A stretch of DNA of 64,000 bases, taken from Octopus vulgaris. Lineage: Eukaryota. The translations under genes and the position numbers were made by a program. Below are positions 1 through 11,920 of the stretch, in pieces. The stretch covers positions 4,774,001 to 4,838,000 of the forward strand of contig OX597821.1 in NCBI GenBank assembly GCA_951406725.2, in the 5' to 3' direction. Numbering within the stretch: position 1 is the stretch's first letter; every line of letters begins with the position of its first letter. The notes under the pieces were generated by a model. The model ran no database searches and was not told where the DNA came from. It saw only the letters and a list, made by a program, of their open reading frames with translations.

Positions 1-830
1 AGCAGTGCTAGGTTCTACAAGTGCTGCACCCTTATTGCAGCCCCTATTTGTTCCATGTACTTCTCAAGATTTTACTCACTGTTCCCAGGGCTCCGACAAT
101 TATTGTTACTATACCACCTCTCTCAGTGCCCACAACTGCTTAACCTCTCATACAAACGTGTTATATTATCGTCTTTTCTTTCTTCCTTATCAAATACCTT
201 GTTGTTACCTGGGCATGCTGTATCTATGATCCAGCATCGTTTGCTTTCTTTCTCAATTAACTCTATGTGTGGCTTCCTATTCTCTATCTCATGTTCGCAC
301 TGAATCATAAAATACCGATAGGATATTTGAATTATCAGTTTCGATGATGCCTTCGGGATTATGTTCGTACCAGTTTTTTGCTCTGTCGAGTCCATACTTG
401 TTGCAAAGTGTCCAATGGACAATCCTTGCTATATTGTCATGACGTCTTTTATATTCTTTTTGGTCTAGTGGTGTGCATTGACTGGTAATATGTCATACGG
501 TTTCACCATTTTGTCCACAAATTATGCACTTATCACTTTCTTATATGTTGTCTATTCTGTATTTGATGTAATTGGTTCTTAATGCTTGCTCTTGGGCATC
601 ACCGATTAGGGCCACCGTTTCCGGTTTTAGATCACTTTTAGTAATCCCTAACAATCTATTTTTTTTCTGTCTGTCTTATCTTAAACATTCCTATGCAATT
701 CTCCATGCATTCTTTTCTTTATCAACGTATTTTCAGTTTCATATATTCTCACGTCTTTTATCTTTGCAATCTTCCAACGTACAGAAGCCTAACTTTTCTT
801 ACTTCCAATAATAGCGGTTCTGATCACTAT
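1..830 (-). mobile_element. R4/Dong-like non-LTR retrotransposon fragment, C-terminal CCHC plus restriction-like endonuclease, frameshifted
   Basis: Minus-strand translation gives LKPETVALIGDAQEQALRTNY, CIICGQNGETVxHITSQC (CCHC), YKRRHDNIARIVHW (RHD motif), NRKPHI..CWIIDTACP (decayed PD-D) and IIVGALGTVSK. Confidence 0.85.
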
Positions 831-831
831 T

Positions 832-849
832 TTTCTTCTTCTTCTTCTT

Positions 850-929
<80 letters not shown>

Positions 930-969
930 CATTATTATTATTATTTTTACTATTATTATTATAATTATC

Positions 970-1021
<52 letters not shown>

Positions 1022-1050
1022 CTACTACTACTACTACTACTACTACTAAT
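832..1050. repeat. Compound microsatellite (TTC)n-(TTA)n-(GTA)n-(TAC)n
   Basis: Read directly from the sequence. Confidence 0.95.
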
Positions 1051-1057
1051 ACTAATT

Positions 1058-1132
1058 CCTCGGCGGAATTTGAACTCAGAACGTAACGACGGGCGTAATG
1101 CCGCTAATGATACTACTAGCTTGCCGCCTTCA

Positions 1133-1209
<77 letters not shown>

Positions 1210-1284
1210 TGAAGGCGGCAAGCTAGTAGTATCATTAGCGGCATTACGCCCGTCGTTACGTTCTGAGTTCAAATTCCGCCGAGG
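1058..1284. repeat. Fold-back palindrome of a SINE 5' end centred in (GTA)n/(TAC)n
   Basis: cctcggcggaatttgaactcagaa...gccgccttcata is the exact reverse complement of tatgaaggcggc...ttctgagttcaaattccgccgagg. Confidence 0.95.
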
Positions 1285-1400
1285 TCGACTTTGTCTTTCA
1301 TCGTTTCGGGGTCGATGAACTAAATAACATTGGAACACCGAGGCCGCTGTAATTGCCCATTCACTTTCCCCAGGATTTCAGTTATTCTTCCTTAAAATAG
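1212..1400 (+). mobile_element. tRNA-derived SINE, family A (GAGTTCAAATTCCGCCGAGGTCGACTTTGCCTTTCATCC type)
   Basis: B-box-like GAGTTCAAATTCC; homologous to many other copies in the window. Confidence 0.85.
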
Positions 1401-2150
1401 GAAAGCTTGTTATCAGTAGTGATATTATTATTGACTGAGAGAGAAGCACAGGGCACCAAATCACACTAGGGTATAAGATACGAAGCCAATCCCACCCATC
1501 ATGACTACCCGACTCAGAAGGGTACACCAGGCACATGCATCACAACAAAATTTGCGCGATATAATTTCAGATAAGGATAAACAACACATAAACTTGTAGG
1601 TGTGGCACAGTTATAATTTCCTTCCGGTCGAGTAGCTCATCGCGCTAAAAATGCCTCTGAATAAGATTTGTTCAAGAATTCGGAACGAAACCCCATGTTT
1701 CCGGAGATGAATTATTAAAACCCCAAAGAATTTCTCTCAACACATGGCTATGATGCTCCCCCACTACCCCTGCTCGTGATCAAATATGCACGCATTGTCA
1801 TCAACAAAGGGACATGCACAACTGGTCATGGTCAAGCAACTGACAAGCACTCTGTGGTATTGAGCAGAATATTTGCTGTAATGACAACAATTCCAATCAG
1901 TTAAGATCAGAAGCTATGGGAGCCAGTGCCATAGCGATATTGATTATCTGGTCTTAGAACTCAATATTATCTGGTGTTAGAGCGTAATCTTCAGAAGACA
2001 GCGTTATTCGAGTAGAGATACTAAATTAAAGTAAAAATAATGAAATTCTTTGGCAAATTTCTCATTCTTTTATAATTTATCATATATCATATTTATCTAT
2101 TTCTGTATAAATATATACGTATATACATTTAAACAAAGAGAGACAACTAG

Positions 2151-2206
<56 letters not shown>

Positions 2207-2208
<2 letters not shown>

Positions 2209-2491
2209 CAATTGCAGCGTGGAAGGTGTTTGTAAGCCATTTAAGAAACACACAAAAGCCGTTCGATTCACTTCAACATTTAAGTTTAACTTGTCAAAAT
2301 ATTTTCGTCGCTAAAATCCGCGACCTGTTCACTAACAAAAATCCGTACCTAAACGTACGTAAATGTTGAAGTGAATCGAACGGCTTTTGTGTGTTTTTTA
2401 AATGGCTTACAAACACCTTCCACGCTGCAATTGTTTTCGTTTCAGCACACGATCTCAGAGCAAATCACTTACTATGCGAGTACATCTCCCT
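2207..2491. mobile_element. (TA)n-flanked non-coding element with ~76-bp inverted arms (2207-2282 / 2360-2435) enclosing a hammerhead-like motif
   Basis: Arms are near-perfect reverse complements; (TA)n lies on both sides. Confidence 0.75.
2291..2338 (-). ncRNA. Minimal type I hammerhead ribozyme variant with G3-C8 core
   Basis: Minus strand reads ttgtta GTGAACA g gtcgc ggatttta gcgac GAAA atat TT tgacaa: stem I, stem II and palindromic stem III (AATATT). Confidence 0.65.
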
Positions 2492-2574
2492 ATATATATA
2501 TATATTTACATTAATTATATCTGACTGATGTTTGTCCTAATCTTGTTTTTTGTTAACACAACGTTTCCATTAAG

Positions 2575-3647
2575 ACCTATAGTGAGCTGTAGAGGTTCAC
2601 CATGACATCCATTGAGCCTGATCCGCTTCCTTGTGGATACAATCAGTCTATTAGCAAGAAAGTGAACATCGTACGTTAAGGGTTCCACCCACTTCACAGA
2701 ATTGATCGAGGATACCTCCATTGAATCTACCTAGATGATGAGTCTAGATGTGATAAATCCCAACTGGTGAAGCACTATTGGTGATACAAGAAATACTAGT
2801 GGCAGACACCCATCTAAAAGAACGCACTATTATACTAATAAGAAACTTGATGGAAGGGTACGCCTTCGGTGTAGAAACTACCTACTTCAGTACGAATACT
2901 GATATATATCGAAAAAATAGGGTTTAGTTATGGTTTCGCTATTATCACCGATAATAGCCAATATATACATGGATACTTTGAGAATTTGGCTTTAGTATCA
3001 ACACTACTAAAACCAACCCTATGGTTGCGATATTTTGATGACACCTTTATACTCTGGCCCCACCAGAAAGATGTCCAAGTGTTATTAGATCATGTGAACT
3101 CAAATAAGCGATCCATACAGTTCACAATGGTAAAAGAAAAAGACAATCAGCTAGCATTCCCACCATCGAAACAGTGCAAAGAAAAGGATTGCACGGTGCC
3201 TAAAACATCGAGGAAAGTATATAAGTAGCGACTGTGATATACACCAAGAAGAAATGATCGAGTTCAGTAACAATCTATTAAGGAACAACTACCTCAAAAA
3301 CATACTATCCAGTTCAATTATGAAGAAAAGAGAGGGTGAAACCAATAAACTGTCCACAATTTGTCTATGTGAAAGGCCTCTCCGAAAAGATACAAAAGAT
3401 ATGCAACCCAAATGACATCAGGACAATATTCAAGAGTAATACAACACTTCGCAAATATCTCATTCGAGGAAAACTACCGATAAAAGAGAATATGACCAGA
3501 GACTACGTGTACTCCATCCCATGCAGCTGTGGAATGTTATACAAAGGAGAAACATGCCGACCCCTCAAAATAAGGGTAGAGAAACATCGCGAAACTGTGA
3601 CATGAGGGGATATTGATAAATCGGTTATAGGTGATCATGTATGGTCA
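2575..3647 (+). mobile_element. Penelope-like element relic, RT plus GIY-YIG endonuclease, with stops and frameshifts
   Basis: GLVMVSLLSPIIANIYMGYFE, WLRYFDDTF, SIQFTMVKEKDNQLAF (RT); VYSIPCSCGMLYKGET..LKIRVEKH (GIY-YIG). Confidence 0.9.
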
Positions 3648-3704
3648 AATATACATAATGTAAATAATGTACGTAATTCCTCATCTCTTAAATATAGAAC
3701 TATA

Positions 3705-4240
3705 TATTGGGTTGTCCGGAAAGTTCGTGCCGATTTATAGTAGCTTAGCTTTCGACTTAGTTTAGAACATACGAGTAATTGAGTCCAAGAAACAGGATTT
3801 GACTACACAGTTTCAGTTATCTTTTCGTGGAAGAAGGTTTATGTTCCTATAACCTGTGTTAATTCTGTAGCCCTTTAAAGTGGAAGATAAGTTCATTTTC
3901 GGCACTTGGTGCTTTTCCTTTCTGTAAAGGGAAAAATGCCTCACCAGCAACCAAAGAAATATGTGCAGTTTACGGTGATGTTTCTTTACCCGAAATAACT
4001 TTATGGTAGTTGTTCGCAAGGTTCCGAGCTGGAGATTGTAGCCTTATTGATAAAGAGTAATCAGTCAGACCATCCACTACAGATGATGACCAAATCAAGT
4101 CATGATTTGAGAATAACCCACATTGCACAACCCGATAATTGGCAGAAAGACTCAACCTATCAAAATCCGTCGTTCATGAGCACCTGATAAATCTTGGGTA
4201 CACAAATCGCTACGATGTTTCGGTACCACATGAGTTCAAC
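3705..4240 (+). mobile_element. mariner transposon 5' fragment (TIR plus N-terminal HTH), decayed
   Basis: TATTGGGTTG TIR-like start; translation KGKNASPATKEICAVYG...FARFRAGD...RPSTTDDDQIK...LAERLNLSKSVVHEHLINLGY..VPHE (WVPHEL motif). Confidence 0.85.
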
Positions 4241-4848
4241 GATCAAGATATCTCCATTTCCTGCTCATTATATATACATACACGCATTATCCCAACATAC
4301 ATATATACATAATATACATAATATGCATGTGTTTCAAAGACAGAAAAATTTGGCGGGGGAGATAGGTTCAACAATGTTTTAAATCAATACTAATATAAAC
4401 AAACGACAGACTTTAAAATACCATTATTTTCCTCCATAAATGTAATGAAACAGAGATGTCGATTAAGCCATCCACAACTTCACTTCTCACTTGGTCGGTC
4501 TACTATAATTAGACTATAACACATTATCCTTGTGTAAAGGACCGTGAAGAAACATTAAAACGTTTAGCCCTACATTAAAAATGTCGAAAGACATTGTCAC
4601 GAGTTGTTTGATTAATGAACATTTCTGTAAGAAGAAAAGAATCTATTTTCGTTGATATTTTCATTTTCTTTTTGTATCTGATCAAATTTTCGCAAAAGAA
4701 AATTATACTTACAGTTCTATTTTCGTTAGCTATGATCGAAGAAAATTCTTATCTGAAAACCAAACATAATCTTATCTCACAAACATATGTGTATGTTGAT
4801 ATGTTGTCGAATATTTCTGAAAATGTACAAAAGTAAAACAACAGTGTG

Positions 4849-4897
4849 CTGTTGTTGTTGTTGTTGTTGTTGGTGTTGTTGTTGTTGTTGTTGTTGT
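4849..4897. repeat. (GTT)n microsatellite
   Basis: Read directly from the sequence. Confidence 0.95.
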
Positions 4898-5049
4898 TTT
4901 AAATGCTTAGAAAATTTTTTTCTCTGAAAATTTCACCAATTTCTGTTCGTGGCACATCAAATATCCTGTATATACGAAATTAAGGAAGTTTGACATAAAA
5001 ATACAATATCTATAAGAGATTCTGTTTCACTTATATATAATACAGTGAT

Positions 5050-5345
5050 AGCACGTGAGTTCTTGTGTAGGATATTCTGCTCCCGATTGTAAGTTCTTGG
5101 GTTCGATGCGGGTCGACGCGTTGTCCTTGAGCAAAATAATTTAATTACCGTTGCTTCAGCCCACTCAGCTGGTAAAAAAGGACCCGGGTAGTCACATTCT
5201 CCGTCATGCCGAATCTCTCCGAGAACTACTTTAAGGGTCCTCGTGTAAGTGTAATACTCAGCTACTTGCATGTTAATTTCGCGAGCATGCTATTCCGTTG
5301 ACTGGATCAAATGGAACCCTCGCCCTCATAACCGACGGAGTACCA
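5050..5345 (+). mobile_element. tRNA-derived SINE with family C 3' tail
   Basis: GGGTTCGATGC B-box; 3' part gagaactactttaagggt...gttgactggatcaa...accgacggag matches the family C copies. Confidence 0.75.
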
Positions 5346-5469
5346 GTATATATAAAACTACACAGATTTCTCGGATCGGATCTGTGACAATAACATTTAG
5401 AATGTTTCACCTTCGTGTTTCATATAATAGTTTAGGAATTATATGTTTCCGATATCATACTTAACTTAA

Positions 5470-6050
5470 AAAGGTAACGAGCTGTCAGAATCATTAGCAC
5501 CCCGGGCGAAATGCATTGCGATATTTCGTCTGCCGCTACGTTCTAAGTTCAAATTTCACCGAGGTCGATTTGCCTTTCATAATTTCGGGGTCGATTAAAT
5601 AAGTACCAGTTACGCACTGGTGTCGAGGTAATCGACTTAATCCGTGTGTCTGTCCTTGTTTGTCCCCTATGTGTTTAGCCCCTTGTGGGTAGTAAAGAAA
5701 TAGGTATTTCGTATGCCGCTACATTCTGAGTTCAAATTCCGCCGAGGTCGACTTTGCCTTTCATCCTTTTGGGGTCGATTAATTAAGTACCAGTTACGCA
5801 CTGGGGCCGATATAATCGACTTAATCCGTTTGTCTGTCCTCGTTTGCCCTGTCTGTGTTTAGCCCCTTGTGGGTAGTAAAGAAATAGGTATTTCGTCTGC
5901 CGTTACGTTCTAAGTTCAAATTCCGCCGAGGTCGACTTCTGCTTTTCTCCTTTCGTCGATAAATTTCGTACGAGTTGCGTACTGTGGTCGAGCCAATCGA
6001 CTTGCCCCCTTCCCCAAAATTTCAGGCATCGTACCTTTATGAGAAATAAT
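5470..6050 (+). mobile_element. SINE family A with internal ~184-bp unit in three tandem copies
   Basis: tatttcgt(c/a)tgccg recurs near 5522, 5706 and 5890. Confidence 0.85.
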
Positions 6051-6884
6051 ATACTTACTTTCTCAACGGTTATGTCATTCTGATCACGAGGAAGGTGTAA
6101 TGAATCCCACAAAACTATATTTATTAGCATGAATGTAAAATTTATTATTACTCCACGAGATGTTATTCGTTCTCAAGCAAACATAAGACTGATGCCAATT
6201 GCGTCATGGCTTCCTATTCATTATTGTGTATGATCTAAAGAAACCTTTCTCTTCCATATGGTGGCAGTGAATGGTATATGAGAGATTTGGTTACATTTCC
6301 AGCTTCTCTAGCGACCACATAGGATCTCTCTTCTTGACATAGCTTAAAATTCTCTGATTCATTTCAAACAGGGCTTCGAAATTAGGGACGAGAATGATGT
6401 CAAGCGATGTCATTTCGTGATATGAAATCACTTCCAATTACACATCAAAATCCAATGTAATACTCAGGGGTATCCTGAAGTTCACCTTACTTCGAAAAAA
6501 TCTTTTTCCTCGAAATTATCCATTATTTTGCAGATTAAGTTGTTATCAAACATTCAGAGATGTATATTATTCTCCATACAAGCAAGTCAAATACGAATTT
6601 TCCACTTTAGTAGTATATTCCATTATGGTAATATATTCCACCAGTTACGCACTAGGGTCGGTGTAATCGACTTAATCCCTCTGTCTGTCCTTGTTTGTCC
6701 CCTCCATCCTTAGACCCCTATGGGCAATAAATAAATATATTCCACTAAATTGTAAATGTTGTACTTACTGTTTACATGGTCTCGGCACATATATTTAAAT
6801 GGTCACATAGAATTATTACATATAGCATTTAACGTACCTCAAATTATTATCATATATATTATATAACTGTTTCGAAATAAATAG

Positions 6885-6974
6885 TGACTGGGAGGTAAGA
6901 AGCTTGCTTACCAACCACATGCATCCTGGTTCAGTATCAGTGAGCTGATAGACGGAAACAGAAAGAACCCATCG

Positions 6975-7028
<54 letters not shown>

Positions 7029-7300
7029 TGTGTGTATGTGTGCGTGTGTGCTTGTATATATGTATGTGTGCATGTGCTTGTGTGTGCATGTGTCTGTTTG
7101 TCTTTGTGTCTAGGTTCTCCCCCACCGCAGCTTCACAACCGATGTGTTGTCTCCACATTACTGAGCGGTTCGACAAAAGGCACCGAAAGAATAAGTATCA
7201 GGCTTTAAAGAATAAGGACAGCGATCGATTTGTTCGTCTAAAGCCCGACCAGGCTATGCCCCAGGATGGCCACTGCCAAATGGCTGAAACAAGTTAACGA
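6885..7300 (+). mobile_element. tRNA-derived SINE family B (internal (TA)n/(TG)n), decayed
   Basis: ggtaagaagcttgcttaccaaccacat...gacggaaac..(TA)n..acaaccgatg..gcggttcgacaaaag..gctgaaacaag matches other family B copies. Confidence 0.8.
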
Positions 7301-7668
7301 ATTGTCTTTAAGAATAGTGGTAGTCATATTATTATCATTACATAGTAATTGACAGGTTACATATGAAGGTAGCATTATATATAATATTTAACTACCTGCA
7401 TAATATTTTTATATACCGTTTGCTCTTTTATTCTTTTACTCTTTTTTACTATTTTATTTGTTTCAGTCATTTGACTGTGGCCATACTGGAGCACCGCCTT
7501 TAGTCGAGCAAATCGACCCCAGGATTTATTCTTTGTAAGCCTAGTACTTATTCTATCGGTCTCTTTTGCCGCACCGCTAAGTTATGGGGACATAAACACA
7601 CCAGCATCGGTTGTCCAGCAATGTTGTGGGTAAACCACAGACACACAAACATACACACACACACACAC

Positions 7669-7723
<55 letters not shown>

Positions 7724-7970
7724 AACAATTAAGGATAACTTCTTAATAAGGAATCTTAACAAGAAATTATCAGGTAGATAGCGTGAAAAACCTCATAAGA
7801 GAAAAATTTCGAAAATAATTCTTTCTTATTGAACATATTAATTTATATATAGAGGGCATTATTATACATACATGCCTCACGCTAAGAGGGACATTAGTCA
7901 TTTCTACCAAAAATTTTACTAATCATACCTAATGCAATCTTTCAAAGCAAGACATTTAAAAAATGAATTT

Positions 7971-8034
7971 AGTCTTGTACCACCTGTGATTTCGTACTTA
8001 CCGCAGAATTGCGACCATACTCATCAGCAAGACT
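7971..8034 (-). ncRNA. Type I hammerhead ribozyme (GUA site)
   Basis: Minus strand reads agtcttg CTGATGA gta..tac GAAA tcac ag gtgg TA caagact. Confidence 0.85.
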
Positions 8035-8450
8035 GATTCTGAACATATCATAAATAAACGACCTGCACCGCCAAAGTCGAACAGCCATCTGCTCCACCCC
8101 AACGAAGCACATGGGCAAGTTTACATATCATACATCCGGTAAATGGCGGGCTTCTCCGAATTGCATTTCGGATAGGAAAAGATTTTTCGGAATAAAATTA
8201 TTTAACAATTAAGGATAACTTCTTAATAAGGAATCTTAACAAGAAATTATCAGGTAGATAGCGGGAAAAACCTCATAAGAGAAAAATTTCGAAAATAATT
8301 CTTTTTTATTGAACATATTAATTTATATATAGAGGGCATTATTATACATACATGCCTCACGCTAAGAGGGACATTAGTCATTTCTACCAAAAATTTTACT
8401 AATCATATCCAATGCAATTTTTCAAAGCAAGACATTTAAAAAATGAATTT

Positions 8451-8514
8451 AGTCTTGTATCACCTGTGATTTCGTACTTACCGCAGAGTTGCGACCGTAC
8501 TCATCAGCAAGACT
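8451..8514 (-). ncRNA. Type I hammerhead ribozyme (AUA site)
   Basis: Minus strand reads agtcttg CTGATGA gtac..gtac GAAA tcac ag gtga TA caagact. Confidence 0.85.
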
Positions 8515-8779
8515 GATTCTGAACATATCATAAATAAACGACCTGTACCGCCAAAGTCGAACAGCCATCTGCTCCACCCCAACGAAGCACATGGGGAAGT
8601 TTACATATCATACATCCGGTAAATGGCCGGCTTCTTCGAAGCCCGAAATGCAATTCGAAGAAGCCCGCCATTTACCGGATGTATGATATGTAAACTTGCC
8701 CATGTGCTTCGTTGGGGTGGAGCAGATGGCTGTTCGACTTTGGCGGTACAGGTCGTTTATTTATGATATGTTCAGAATC

Positions 8780-8843
8780 AGTCTTGCTGATGAGTATGGT
8801 CGCAATTCTGCGGTAAGTACGAAATCACAGGTGATACAAGACT
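8780..8843 (+). ncRNA. Type I hammerhead ribozyme (AUA site; predicted cut after 8836)
   Basis: agtcttg CTGATGA gta tggtcgcaattctgcggtaag tac GAAA tcac ag gtga TA caagact; 7-bp perfect stem I. Confidence 0.85.
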
Positions 8844-8961
8844 AAATTCATTTTTAAATGTCTTGCTTTGAAAAATTGCATTAGGTATGATTAGTAAAAT
8901 TTTTGGTAGAAATGACTAATGTCCCTCTTAGCGTGAGGCATGTATGTATAATAATGCCCTC

Positions 8962-9031
<70 letters not shown>

Positions 9032-9125
9032 CATATATACGACGGGCTTCTTTCAGTTTCCGTCCACCAAATCCGCTCACAAGTGGTAAGTTGGTAAGCA
9101 AGCTACTTACCACACAGCCGCTCCT

Positions 9126-9375
9126 GGAATGGCAATGGCCCAGTGGTTAGAGTAGCCGAATTCCAAGCCGGGTGTTGTGAGTGTTTATTGAGCGAAAACA
9201 CCCAAAGGTCCACGAGCCTAGGGCAGGGGGTGGTGAGGAGCACTGCTGTATTCTTCCACCCCAACTTTCTCTCACTCTTTCTTCCTGTGTCTGTTGTACC
9301 TGTATTTCAAAGGTCCAACCTTGTCACATTCACGCTGATTCTGCCCGAGAACTACGTTAAGGGTACACGTGCCTG
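9126..9375 (+). mobile_element. tRNA-derived SINE family C, partial
   Basis: caatggcccagtggttag A-box head; gagcgaaaacacc body; gagaactacgttaagggtacacgtg. Confidence 0.8.
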
Positions 9376-9936
9376 TATTTAACTATTCGTTTCCTATATA
9401 AGCAGTGTAGTAAACATATAAACGTGGCAAAATTAGCTTTTGCTTCGTAGATTGCAAACATCAGATGAGCAGCGTTAATCGATTTTCACATCATATTTTC
9501 AATAGATTTTCAAACTATATAGGATTCTCATCAGAGGTGTCTGCATCAATTCAACCAAGACCAGGGAAACATTCAGACAATCTGTTATTTACTCAACAAA
9601 TACAATCGTTAGCTGGAACTGGAGCTATTCATTTGCTTACTTTGTTAAAACTTTATTTATTATCACCGGTCTGGTTCCAAATGTGAAGCACGAGGCAAGG
9701 TGGATCAGTCATTTACGAAAGAGAATCATTTAAGCTTTTACGTTTATATACATGTAACTATTAGGACTTTTGGATATTTGTCTATTAGTATGTCGATTAA
9801 AGTACATAGGCGGTTTGGACTACCTGATATCATCGTCGGAACGATGGAATTTTCACTGAAGCTACGACAGTGAATCTGCAGTGCTTGTTCGGCATTAAAC
9901 CGTTTCCCTTATCAACAATATATATACGTGGGTGTA

Positions 9937-9967
<31 letters not shown>

Positions 9968-10140
9968 GGGGTAAGACAAACAGACAGATAGGCAGACAGA
10001 TAAAAGATAGATAGATAGATAGATAGATAGGCAGATAGACAGATAGATAGATAGATAGATAGATATATAGATAGATAGACAAATAGACAGATAGATAGAT
10101 AGGTAGATAGATAGATAGACAAACAGATAGATAGATAGAT

Positions 10141-11256
10141 ATGTTTCTTTATTCGCCACACAGGGCTGCACACAAACAGGACAAATTACAAGGTAGAGCT
10201 TTTCTTTTGGGAGTAAAAAAAAAGGGCGGTTGGTTTTCGATCAAAAGGGATCGTAAAAGGAAAGAAAGAGGACAAAAAAGGGGGGGGGGATAAAATAAAA
10301 AAATAAAATAAAAAATAAAAAAGGGGGTAAGGGAAAGGAAAAAAATTGATCAATAGGGATCGTTATCACAGAAATGTCAATATGAAGTGTAAAGGGGAGG
10401 ACAGGTGAGGTTTACCCGTGGAAAGAAAATCCTACGGAAAAGACCACGTTAACCTCGGTCAATGGAAGTCACATGTTATATTTCTTTTTTTTTGGCAAAT
10501 AAGCAACTCTCTGTATTAATTTTTACGGCCCATATAATCATAGTCAAGGTGGCTTCGTCATTCATATGTGCCATCCTTGCTACATTCACCCATCTTTTTT
10601 TAAAACATTCACTAGACAAACTTGCCTCTCTACTCTCACTTTCCTCTTCAAGTGATACTTGAAGAAGTTGATGAGAGATTGACGAGAGAGGAAAGTGTTT
10701 GTCTCTAATCCTTTCAGGCGCGTCTACCAGATACATTCTTTCGCCATAGCCACAAGTATGATAAAAATAGCTCTTCCTTCCCGTTTGAAGGAAGGAGGCG
10801 TGACGATATTAACGATAGACTCGGCTGATAAACCGACACGTCCCACACGTGACAGCAGTCGTTCGACATAAGCCCACAGGTGGGAAATTGCTGGACACTG
10901 CACGAGTGCGTGCAGAACGGTTTCGTCGCTCTGCCCGCATCTCGGGCATCGGCCCCGTGTTCCTCGAGCCGTGTCTGTAGAGCTTATCCCGAACGGGTAG
11001 CGCTTCTCGGTAGCACCGCTAGGCCAGGGATCTCTGGAAGTTGTCCATAGGTCCCGGGCCGAAAGTCGTTTCAAACAGGCGGGTCAGGTATTCCTCGTCG
11101 ACGCCCAGGTTTGCCCCAAGATCGTCGTCGTACCTCCCCTTCACTAATCACCTATAGAATGCTTTGGTTACGTTGAAGTCACTCAAGGTCGACCCGGGAC
11201 GGCAGAGTTGCTTGAGGCAACGCGACACTCGCAGTGCCATTCGCCCTACCTCGGTC
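10141..11256 (-). mobile_element. L1/Tx1-like LINE, 5'-truncated (ORF2 C-terminus plus 3' UTR), between (GATA)n tracts
   Basis: CPRCGQSDETVLHALVQCP CCHC finger; AATAAA on the minus strand at 10148-10153 directly before the (CTAT)n tract; homologous to 25250-25837. Confidence 0.85.
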
Positions 11257-11257
11257 T

Positions 11258-11314
<57 letters not shown>

Positions 11315-11315
11315 C

Positions 11316-11366
<51 letters not shown>

Positions 11367-11488
11367 ACGATAGAAAATGTGGGACCATACTATACAATAC
11401 CATATATCCACCCCTTTAATCTTTCGTATCTTTGTATTCTTCCTAAGTTTGCTGGTATAATATATTACTAACTCCCTTTCTATCTATA

Positions 11489-11542
<54 letters not shown>

Positions 11543-11591
11543 ATCTAGCTGCATGTATATATATCCTCGCATGTATATATAATTTCGGCTG

Positions 11592-11631
<40 letters not shown>

Positions 11632-11635
11632 ATCA

Positions 11636-11752
11636 GCCGAAATTGCGAGGATGATCTGGTTCTTGACTGAAGATTGAAGGCTTCGAATGTCCCGTCCGTG
11701 ATTTTTGTATCGTCTAAATGTTTTGCGTTCTTGCCCCAGTTTGTATTTTTTT
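11636..11752 (+). mobile_element. Fragment of the (TA)n-inserted element also present at 35045-35680 (opposite orientation)
   Basis: Reverse-complement match to 35045-35168. Confidence 0.8.
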
Positions 11753-11754
11753 AC

Positions 11755-11786
<32 letters not shown>

Positions 11787-11883
11787 GTATATATATAGAT
11801 ATATATATATGTATATATATAAATAAATATGTATACATATATATATATATATATATACATATACATACACACACACACACACA

Positions 11884-11915
<32 letters not shown>

Positions 11916-11920
<5 letters not shown>

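Larger units (their letters stand above)
7720..8971. mobile_element. Non-coding 480-bp unit: two direct copies (7720-8199, 8200-8640) and one inverted partial copy (8643-8971), each with a hammerhead fold
   Basis: tttaacaattaagg recurs at 7721 and 8201; 8643-8971 is the reverse complement of part of the unit; (TA)n on both sides. Confidence 0.9.
7430..9125 (-). mobile_element. SINE family B split by a 1.25-kb insertion in its internal (TA)n (3' half 7430-7680, 5' half 9038-9125)
   Basis: Both halves match family B in the same orientation on either side of the insert. Confidence 0.8.

Noticed and set aside
1440-1930. Probable interspersed repeat
   Set aside because: No second copy or diagnostic motif in the window; cannot be classified from the sequence alone.
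9500-9540. Minus-strand CTGATGA...GAAA
   Set aside because: No stem I or UH cleavage site; likely chance.
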